A stretch of DNA of 60,054 nucleotides from Candidatus Daviesbacteria bacterium RIFCSPHIGHO2_02_FULL_43_12 (lineage in GTDB: Bacteria > Patescibacteriota > Microgenomatia > Daviesbacterales > UBA10151). The DNA lies in the NCBI GenBank assembly GCA_001776775.1, contig MFDD01000015.1, positions 7,969 to 68,022 of the forward strand. The letters run 5' to 3'. Under the pieces are notes generated by a model. That model ran no database searches. It worked only from the letters and a program-made list of their open reading frames with translations, and was not told where the DNA came from. Positions 27,918-34,786 of the stretch are shown in pieces. The number at the start of each line of letters is the position of its first letter. Positions within the stretch are counted from its first letter, which is position 1. The translations under genes were made by a program, and so were the position numbers.

Positions 27918-29557
27918 AGTGTCGCGAGTCCAAAGGCGACTTCAAGATCCGATTTTGATGACTTAGCTGTACCATTTGCCGATCTTAGCCCCATAACTCT
28001 TAGGATATTTACTAACCCATTTGAATTAAGCTGATAGGCTTTAGCTTTTTCAAAATCTGGTTCATGTAACTGAGCCCGCATCTTTCTTCTATCTATGAGT
28101 TGATTGACAGTATCTGCCAATGCTCCCCAATTAGGGAAATATCTTTCAAGGCCAGCAGCCTCTCCAATTAAAATGTATTCTCTGGGACCATAAAGCATAG
28201 AGGTTATTGCCTCACAAGTCACAGCAATCTCCCATCTGCTAGGTCTAGTTTTACCTTTCCTTGAATTTACTTTCTCGGCAAAATTTGAGCTGGCTATCAA
28301 AGCGAAAGCTTGTCGAGTTGCCTCAGCGTCTGCAAATGTTCCATAGCGGATAACTTTACGAGTTGATCTCATGAATTCCTGAAAAGTTTCCTCAGGTGCT
28401 CTGTTTTGAAATTCCGGTCCAAACTCCAGAGGTGCAGATAAGGTATCTACTGTTTCTGGAGGTAGGTAAACAAAACTCTCCCTTGTATCAAATGATGGTC
28501 CAGAAAAAGGGTCAGTGAAGTTAGGATCCTTACCTAGAGGTTTAGCTTCTGGTATGAGATAAAAGCTTTGTCCATTTTCGCTAATCCACCCTCCCACTGT
28601 CTTGGGTGTAATTAAACCAGACTCATAAATCTCCATACCCCCAGTCGCTCTGTATTGCGTATTAAGAATAGGCTTTGTTTGACCAGCTAGAGCTTGAGTA
28701 GGTACTGCGTCTACAAGCTGTCCCCATGTCCTATCCCAGCTATTGGCGATTCCAGAAATTCGAGTATCTTTGTTGCGAATACTCTTAGGCATAGATCTAG
28801 CAGAAGGGCCGACCGAAAGTGCGCTTAAAATAATGTCACGTCTGCGAGGGTTTGTATGTCTTCCGAGAAGTTCATAATCACAAAATGGCAATCCACTATT
28901 TTGTCGATGTCCAAACTTCACTCTAGCAATTAAATCTCTATATTCCAACCCAAGATTGAGTAAATAGCTTTTATACATATTCCACATCATCCAAATGGGG
29001 TTATCTCTGGGCAAGACATCAATTCTACCGATCCTCATATCAAATAACTGATCTCCGCGGTCATCAACTAACCGTTTAACTCCACTTTTGGGTAGGTTAT
29101 ACACATCCCGAGCCCGGCTGATCATTTGATCTGCTAAATCTCTGAACTGAGAGAGTTTAGCAACGTCAATCATAAAGTCATAATCTGAACCTCCAAGAAG
29201 TCTGCCAATAATATAGTTCATATCGGCTGCAGAATATCTTCCCACAGGCTGAGGTCTTGCAAGATGTACTGGGAAAGTAGTCGGCAGTGCTCCCTTTAAA
29301 GCAATTCTAGTAGAATGGTCATGTAGTACCATTTCCATAATGTCAGCAGGAGTGCTGCCTCTCAGAGTAGCTCTACGCTGAGCCAAGATTTCTAAAGGAA
29401 CTTGGACATGCGGCATAATTTTATGGGGTAAAGAGAGACCCCACATATTTGTATCTAGACCTACCAATCTCGAAAAAGGCATATAAACTTCTTTAGGAAT
29501 AGGTGCCCCAAGTTGCCTAAATCCTTCGAGCTCTTTGAAAGGTATATCTGGTATCAT
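27914..29557 (-). CDS. 547-aa orphan protein (no TM, no signal peptide, no recognised motif)
   Basis: Long uninterrupted ORF with TATAAT at 29571-29566, 8 nt before the ATG. R/W/P/G-richer than its neighbours. Confidence 0.6.
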   Translation of the reverse strand: MIPDIPFKELEGFRQLGAPIPKEVYMPFSRLVGLDTNMWGLSLPHKIMPHVQVPLEILAQRRATLRGSTPADIMEMVLHDHSTRIALKGALPTTFPVHLARPQPVGRYSAADMNYIIGRLLGGSDYDFMIDVAKLSQFRDLADQMISRARDVYNLPKSGVKRLVDDRGDQLFDMRIGRIDVLPRDNPIWMMWNMYKSYLLNLGLEYRDLIARVKFGHRQNSGLPFCDYELLGRHTNPRRRDIILSALSVGPSARSMPKSIRNKDTRISGIANSWDRTWGQLVDAVPTQALAGQTKPILNTQYRATGGMEIYESGLITPKTVGGWISENGQSFYLIPEAKPLGKDPNFTDPFSGPSFDTRESFVYLPPETVDTLSAPLEFGPEFQNRAPEETFQEFMRSTRKVIRYGTFADAEATRQAFALIASSNFAEKVNSRKGKTRPSRWEIAVTCEAITSMLYGPREYILIGEAAGLERYFPNWGALADTVNQLIDRRKMRAQLHEPDFEKAKAYQLNSNGLVNILRVMGLRSANGTAKSSKSDLEVAFGLATL

Positions 29558-29682
29558 GAGTGGTGATTATACTATGAGATGGTTGTACTAGTCCACCTAT
29601 AGTTGACTTTAGTTAGAGAGCTGTTAGATTTTAGTCAAGCAGACCTTTGCGAGATCGTGTTATAAATCCTTTATCTCTGAAT

Positions 29683-29970
29683 ATGAATATCAAATCCCAA
29701 GAATCTATTTTGACCCAACTAAAGGTTGGATTAGAGAAGATTTTAACTAAAGAATTACTAGGCATTAGACCAGATATTAATTGGTTTTCGTACGCTAAAC
29801 TTCATCAGCAGGGTTTTAAAGTAAAGATGAATTCGTCCAAAAAGTACGTCCTTTTACATAAAGTTGCTAACAAAGCCGCAAGCAGATATCCAGGAATTAG
29901 CAAAGGAAGGATCGCACATTTTTTAAGCGAGTTAGTGCTTCGTGATCGGGATTCTAAGCGACGCTCTTAG
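29683..29970 (+). CDS. Small basic protein, possible HTH (95 aa from ATG 29683)
   Basis: ORF. ...PGISKGRIAHFLSELV... looks like an HTH recognition helix. Support is weak. Confidence 0.35.
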   Translation: MNIKSQESILTQLKVGLEKILTKELLGIRPDINWFSYAKLHQQGFKVKMNSSKKYVLLHKVANKAASRYPGISKGRIAHFLSELVLRDRDSKRRS

Positions 29971-30401
29971 ATCGATATATTTTGTCCACTCGCCTGCAAA
30001 GAGGGAGCCGTTTCGAGCCACTGGCTTTCACTTAAACTGACTGGTTCAAACTCTCCATCCAGATGCAAGTAGTATGTTTCTATGTCCAGATCTGGGTAAA
30101 GTTCCTTAATTTTTGTTTTGGTCTCCAATAAATCATGGGCGTGTTTTTCGGGAGTATCTGCCTCGGCGTATGCGCCGCAATTCTCGTGGTTTATTAGAAT
30201 GACTTTTTCGATATGATGCATGTCATGCGAGATTTTAATCTGGCTTAGGATAACGCCTAAATTTTTGACTCCTCCACCCAGAGCAACTCTGTCAAAGTCC
30301 CTGGGGGTAAAATGTTTCTCTAACCACTGATCTATAAAGTCCTGAAAGCGAAAATCTATACAAGTTATAACAACTGCTTTACAAGTATGTAGTGTTTGCA
30401 T
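29967..30401 (-). CDS. Minimal beta-class carbonic-anhydrase-like protein (Cab-type)
   Basis: CxDxR (VVITCIDFRF), GGGVKN, and HxxCG (INHENCGA), with spacing like M. thermautotrophicus Cab as I recall it. Confidence 0.6.
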   Translation of the reverse strand: MQTLHTCKAVVITCIDFRFQDFIDQWLEKHFTPRDFDRVALGGGVKNLGVILSQIKISHDMHHIEKVILINHENCGAYAEADTPEKHAHDLLETKTKIKELYPDLDIETYYLHLDGEFEPVSLSESQWLETAPSLQASGQNISI

Positions 30402-30536
30402 ATACAAAAATAAATCTTACACTAATCTTTCCGAATTCTCAAGATCCAAATTAACAATATCCATACATTAAGCTAACAAAATGCTGACAAAACTGACAAT
30501 TAATGTTAAAATGCTCACTGATTTATTATAAAGAAC

Positions 30537-31223
30537 ATGCTAATACGCTCAGAATTAACAATGCCCGAAGATTTCGATCCCCTTCTAGCCCGGGATATCC
30601 TTCAAGCAAGAAAACATAACTGGCAAGTAGAGATAGTGAAGGCTTCCAACACCGAGCAGGGTCAAGTCCACCCGGGAGCAGCTTTGGAATGTGGTGATGT
30701 ACGATTTGATTGGCTTGAGGGTCGAACATGTTGGGGCTATAGAATTTTGGGCCAAGTTAATGCTGTAGCCGCCCTGAAAACAGGAGGCAATATAGTCGGT
30801 TTTAATCAAGCTAACGCCGAGGTTAGGCGATGTGGGTGCACTCCGGGAACTCATGGCCCAAGTTGTGCATTCTTTGAGCTATGGACTACGGGTAGATTAA
30901 AAGAAGTGCCCTTCCGATATGATGTACCAATGCAAAGAATGAGAGACAGACTAACCGGAACGGGCAATCCAATTAAGAGAAAAATGCAATTAGCTGGAGG
31001 TGTGCACTTTGTTTTAGAAGATCGAGGGTCTCATGCGCGGCACTTAGATTTTAATGCCCTGGTGGGCATGACTGATTGCAGTGGTAGTGGAGATGCCTAT
31101 AGACAAAATGATGCTCCATTAGCCCAGCTGCAGATCCCCTTGAGAACGAGAATGGCTTATGCTGCAGAAGTAGTGGAGTTAGCCAGACCTGAGATTATAA
31201 AAGCGCGGATTATAATTCCTTAG
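30537..31223 (+). CDS. Orphan protein with a possible divergent beta-CA-like core
   Basis: LECGDVRF (CxDxR), KTGGNIVG (compare Cab KNAGNIV), GTHGPSCA (H-x3-C instead of HxxC). Local GC looks higher than the surroundings. Confidence 0.4.
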   Translation: MLIRSELTMPEDFDPLLARDILQARKHNWQVEIVKASNTEQGQVHPGAALECGDVRFDWLEGRTCWGYRILGQVNAVAALKTGGNIVGFNQANAEVRRCGCTPGTHGPSCAFFELWTTGRLKEVPFRYDVPMQRMRDRLTGTGNPIKRKMQLAGGVHFVLEDRGSHARHLDFNALVGMTDCSGSGDAYRQNDAPLAQLQIPLRTRMAYAAEVVELARPEIIKARIIIP

Positions 31224-31265
31224 CTGCTCTTTACACGACCCTTTTGGATATACGATAATAGCCCT

Positions 31266-31679
31266 ATGGCGGATCAAGTTCATTTAAAAATAATTACCCC
31301 AGAGAAACAGGTTTTTGAGGGTGAGGGTGATATGGTCACAGTCCCGGCTCCTCAGGGACCAGTTGGAATACTGCCCCATCATGCCCACTTAATGTCTAAA
31401 GTTATCCCTGGAGAATTGATAATTACTAAAGGTAGCAAAAGGGATTATCTCGCAGTTGGTGAAGGTATGGTCGAAGTTGCCAATGGACAAGTAACTATTA
31501 CCACTGATCTTGCCAAATCCCATGAAGAGATTGATGAAAAAATAGCCGAAGAAGCTCGGATCAGAGCCCAAGAGGCCCTAACGCAGACGCTATCCGATGA
31601 AGAATACGCCACGACTTTTGCCTCTTTGCAGAAAGCCCTGGCCCAACTTCATGTTAAACGCCGCCGAAGAAATATTTAA
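31266..31679 (+). CDS. atpC: F-type ATP synthase subunit epsilon
   Basis: ...LKIITPEKQVFEGE...V.VPA..G..GILP.HA.L......G.L... beta-sandwich plus a C-terminal helical hairpin, 137 aa. Confidence 0.9.
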   Translation: MADQVHLKIITPEKQVFEGEGDMVTVPAPQGPVGILPHHAHLMSKVIPGELIITKGSKRDYLAVGEGMVEVANGQVTITTDLAKSHEEIDEKIAEEARIRAQEALTQTLSDEEYATTFASLQKALAQLHVKRRRRNI

Positions 31680-31893
31680 TTCACGCATTATATAAGTACC
31701 TCTTTATAAGTAGAGTCCATCTTATTGAATACATCATTTTTAAAATCATTAAATTCATCTCTGGATGGAAGATCCTCTATATCTTGTTTTGTTGCAAGAA
31801 TTTGAGTTAGTTTATTAATATCATCTAATGTAAGCATGCTTTGAGTATACAACAGTGGAAGTAACGGGTGTCAATTGGTATAATCTAGCTTAT

Positions 31894-31966
31894 CCTGCGG
31901 AGGCTGAACAGTTTAGGCGTTGGTCTGTAAAACCAATTTAAGTAGGTGCGACTCCTACCCGCAGGA
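31894..31966 (+). tRNA. tRNA-Tyr(GUA) candidate of archaeal/eukaryal design (C1:G72, A73, 5-nt variable loop), with atypical D and T loops
   Basis: Acceptor CCTGCGG/CCGCAGG. Anticodon arm TTGGT-CTGTAAA-ACCAA. T arm GTAGG-TGCGACT-CCTAC. Extended -10 TGgTATAAT at 31876-31884, ending 9 nt before the 5' end. The D loop lacks GG and T-loop position 55 is G. No encoded CCA. Confidence 0.55.
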
Positions 31967-31967
31967 C

Positions 31968-32004
31968 TTGACAGAATATATAAAAACTATATACTAAGTA
32001 TATA
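31968..32004 (+). promoter_or_regulatory. Promoter plus palindromic operator of the toxin-antitoxin operon
   Basis: TTGACA (31968-31973), a 16-nt spacer, then TATACT (31990-31995). Inverted repeat TATATACT-A-AGTATATA at 31988-32004 overlaps the -10 and the ATG (32004). Confidence 0.5.
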
Positions 32005-32312
32005 TGAATACAGCCTCAATTCTAATTAAAACAGATCCACAGTTAAAAGCGAAAGCCCAGAAAACCGCTGAAAAAATGGGCTTAAGTTTAACAAGTGTGA
32101 TCAACTGTTACCTGAAACATTTTATTAGTAGCGAAACTATTACTTTTAGCACAAGAGATGAAGTGCCAAGCCAATATCTTATAAACGCGCTTAAAGAATC
32201 TGAGGATGATGTTAAAGCAGGAAGAGTCATCAGGTTCAAAAATGCTCAAGAAGAACTTGACTATTTAGATAAAGAAATTGCTAATGAGAGACAAAGAGTT
32301 TCCTCACATTGA
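32004..32312 (+). CDS. RelB/DinJ-family antitoxin
   Basis: N-terminal beta-strand/RHH pattern ...ASILIKTDPQLKAKAQKTAEKMGLSLTSVINCYLK... resembles DinJ. Overlaps the toxin gene. Confidence 0.7.
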   Translation: MNTASILIKTDPQLKAKAQKTAEKMGLSLTSVINCYLKHFISSETITFSTRDEVPSQYLINALKESEDDVKAGRVIRFKNAQEELDYLDKEIANERQRVSSH

Positions 32313-32583
32313 ATATACAGCTTTATTTAACAGGCAATTAAAGAAAGCACCGCTTGATATTAAAATTGCATTTAAAGAATCCCGGGAGTTATTTATTGAT
32401 AATCCAAATCACCCCAACTTAAGGAACCATGCTCTTCAAGAAAAATATGCAGGTTACAGAAGTATTGATGTCACTGGTGATTATAGAGCGCTTTTTAAAA
32501 TTAAGGAGAGCAAAACACAAATAGTCATTACCTTTCATATCCTTGGAACTCATACCCAGCTATACAATATTGATAGGTTCTAA
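32284..32583 (+). CDS. RelE/YafQ-family mRNA interferase toxin
   Basis: About 100 aa, ...HPNLRNHAL...YAGYRSIDVTGDYRALFK...ILGTHTQLY, a typical RelE/ParE-superfamily pattern. 29-nt overlap with the antitoxin gene. Confidence 0.7.
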   Translation: MRDKEFPHIEYTALFNRQLKKAPLDIKIAFKESRELFIDNPNHPNLRNHALQEKYAGYRSIDVTGDYRALFKIKESKTQIVITFHILGTHTQLYNIDRF

Positions 32584-32610
32584 TATCTTCCAGTCATCTG
32601 AACCAGGGCT

Positions 32611-33096
32611 TTATTGAAAATTTTTGCTTAGGAGCTTTTTAAAATCTTCATCAGACAAGTCTAATAATCTTGAATCACGCGATAAGGGGGTATCTGATAT
32701 TTCTTTACCGAACCAATCAGGTGCTTTGAATGCTTGAGCCTTTTCTTCAGAGGGAAATTCTACTTCAGCTCTTATTAAACCCTCAAAACGACCATGATAG
32801 ATTTTAATAGTACCATTTGGAATGTCCTTAATTTGATAGCCTTCTCTAATAATTACCTCGGAAGCCTGTTGTTTAAGAGATTCAAACTCTCCTTTTGTTA
32901 AGGTAGTTTTATGTTTCTTACGTGCTAATGATGATACACTTTCTAATATTTCCCTTTCATACTTGCCTCCTTTAAGTTGAATTCTATCTTCAACATCATC
33001 TCCTCGTCTTAAGTAATAACGCTCATACAAAATTGGAGTCTGATCAGATAAATCTGGAAGTTTCTTAATCAGAAATTTTCTTTCAATCTCGTCCAT
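32611..33096 (-). CDS. CYTH-domain (triphosphate tunnel metalloenzyme) protein
   Basis: N-terminal EIERKFLI (ExExK) signature, about 160 aa, ...RAEVEF... Confidence 0.8.
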   Translation of the reverse strand: MDEIERKFLIKKLPDLSDQTPILYERYYLRRGDDVEDRIQLKGGKYEREILESVSSLARKKHKTTLTKGEFESLKQQASEVIIREGYQIKDIPNGTIKIYHGRFEGLIRAEVEFPSEEKAQAFKAPDWFGKEISDTPLSRDSRLLDLSDEDFKKLLSKNFQ

Positions 33097-33104
33097 AGGC
33101 TGAT

Positions 33105-33293
33105 TTATGGGTAGACTAGCACTTTTCCAGGAAAATCTAATGTATCTTTAGACATCTCCATAACAATTTGCGGCAGTTCATCTAAAGCAATATGTTTTGA
33201 GATAAGTTTTTCTAGTGGAAACTCGTCCATAAAGCTAGAATACCAGAAGTACAAGAGCAAGAAAAGTATCCGTATATGCCATTTACTTAGCAT
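33105..33293 (-). pseudogene. Possible C-terminal remnant of a medium-chain (zinc-type) dehydrogenase
   Basis: ...FPLEKLISKHIALDELPQIVMEMSKD...GKVLVYP resembles MDR C-termini. The rest of the gene is absent. Confidence 0.25.
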
Positions 33294-33298
33294 AGGAC

Positions 33299-33859
33299 CT
33301 ATCCTCCATTGAGGTGTTCGATTAGAATCTTGATCCCCAGACCTATGAGAATAATTCCTCCTACTAGCTCGGCCTTCTCACTAAACATCTTTCCGATTTT
33401 ATTTCCGGTCATAAAACCGATCATAGTCAGGCAAAATGCGACACTGCCCATAATTACCCCTGCCAAAAATATCGAAATCTCCACGAAAGCCAGTGTTATC
33501 CCAATCGCCAAGGTGTCGACACTGGTTGCGATACCGAGCAAAAGTAAAGTTTGCTTTTGAATATGCTTCCGGTGTACTTGTTTTTTGGAAGATAAAGCTT
33601 CTTTGACCATCTTTATTCCGATAAAGCTCAGTAATCCAAAGGCAATCCAATGATCAATCTGAGAAACAAATATTCGTAAACTTTGCCCAATCACCCACCC
33701 TAAAATAGGCATGGAAAGATGAAACAGTCCAAAAGTAATAGCCAACTTCAACCCATTTCTTAGTCGATGCTGATGAAAATGTAACCCTTGAGCTGTACCG
33801 ACACTAAGGGTATCCAAAGAGAGGCTGATGGCTAATACAAACAAAGAGAAGATATCCAT
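33299..33859 (-). CDS. mntP: Manganese efflux pump MntP
   Basis: Two DUF204-type repeats (...SLSLDTLSVG..., ...ATSVDTLAIG...), 6 TM, 186 aa. Confidence 0.85.
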   Translation of the reverse strand: MDIFSLFVLAISLSLDTLSVGTAQGLHFHQHRLRNGLKLAITFGLFHLSMPILGWVIGQSLRIFVSQIDHWIAFGLLSFIGIKMVKEALSSKKQVHRKHIQKQTLLLLGIATSVDTLAIGITLAFVEISIFLAGVIMGSVAFCLTMIGFMTGNKIGKMFSEKAELVGGIILIGLGIKILIEHLNGG

Positions 33860-33912
33860 CTAAAATTCATTGTACTCTTGTAAACTGCTAATTTCGAGAA
33901 TATGATAAATTT

Positions 33913-34335
33913 ATGCAGTGGCTTATTTATGCACTACTCTCTGCTCTTTTTGCCGCACTTACCGCCATACTAGCTAAGATCGGAGTTAAAGATGTTAATT
34001 CAAATCTGGCAACCGCTATTCGAACCATCGTTATCTTACTCTTTGCCTGGGGAATTGTTTTTGGACAGGGTTTACAGACTCAGTTGACTCAAATTTCTCG
34101 ATTTTCACTGATCCTTCTAGTTTTATCAGGCGTAGCGACTGGATTGTCCTGGCTTTTTTATTTCCGGGCTCTGCAGCTTGGTAACGTATCTCAAGTTGCT
34201 CCGGTCGATAAGCTAAGCCTGGTCATTACCATTGTTCTGGCTGCCTTTATTCTGAAAGAAAAAGTTACTCTAGGAACCATGTTTGGAGCAGGCCTGATGA
34301 CTGCCGGAGCGATCGTGATTGCTTTAGTCAAGTAA
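33913..34335 (+). CDS. Small EamA/DMT-superfamily half-transporter
   Basis: 140 aa, 4-5 TM, ...LSALFAALTAILAKIGV... typical EamA repeat. Confidence 0.65.
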   Translation: MQWLIYALLSALFAALTAILAKIGVKDVNSNLATAIRTIVILLFAWGIVFGQGLQTQLTQISRFSLILLVLSGVATGLSWLFYFRALQLGNVSQVAPVDKLSLVITIVLAAFILKEKVTLGTMFGAGLMTAGAIVIALVK

Positions 34336-34368
34336 TATCACGTAATAATCGCGCAAAAAATCGTGCAG

Positions 34369-34755
34369 CTATGTCTGTAGAGGCTTAAAATCTAAAGCTA
34401 AGGAGTTGAGACAATATCTCTTTCCAGTGACGGTTGGACCATCATTAAAAACATGTCCCAGATGGGCTCCACATTTAGCGCACATTACTTCGATTCGATG
34501 CATCCCAAATGAATAATCATCTTCGGTTTTTAAATTCTTGTTTGCGACAGGTTTATCAAAAGAAGGCCAACCGGTTCCGCTATCAAACTTAGCATCCGAT
34601 GAAAAAAGCTCTTGTCCGCAGGAAACACAATGATACATCCCCTCTTTGTGATTATCGGTATATTTACCACTAAAGGGCGGCTCGGTCCCCTTTAAGAAGC
34701 AGATATTGTATTGTTCTGGAGTTAGCTTAAGTTTTTTATCATTCATAGAGGTCAT
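34369..34755 (-). CDS. msrB: Peptide-methionine (R)-S-oxide reductase MsrB
   Basis: CxxC...GWPSF...CxxC..HLGHVF.DGP....RYC.NS signature. Confidence 0.93.
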   Translation of the reverse strand: MTSMNDKKLKLTPEQYNICFLKGTEPPFSGKYTDNHKEGMYHCVSCGQELFSSDAKFDSGTGWPSFDKPVANKNLKTEDDYSFGMHRIEVMCAKCGAHLGHVFNDGPTVTGKRYCLNSLALDFKPLQT

Positions 34756-34786
34756 TTTACTATATAATAGGCTATAATCTAAAAGT

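Noticed and set aside
27914-29557. Hypothesis that the 547-aa orphan is an archaeal-type PEP carboxylase or another bicarbonate-using enzyme, given its size and the CA-like neighbours.
   Set aside because: None of the motifs I recall for archaeal-type PEPC (for example ...ARSD.AM..., RIPN) or for biotin or RuBisCO-type carboxylases are present. It is left as unknown.
31688-31837. 49-aa ORF (MLTLDDINKLTQILATKQDIEDL...) on the minus strand between atpC and the tRNA-Tyr candidate.
   Set aside because: It has no SD or promoter-like sequence, lies below any reliable length, and shows no recognisable family. Coding status cannot be supported.
33105-33293. A functional 62-aa protein gene.
   Set aside because: The first 20 residues are an odd hydrophobic run. 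The remainder resembles only the extreme C-terminus of MDR dehydrogenases. It is listed as a low-confidence remnant rather than a gene.
33860-33912. yybP-ykoY manganese riboswitch upstream of mntP.
   Set aside because: The divergent spacer is only 53 nt, too short for the four-helix aptamer, and no conserved motif was seen.
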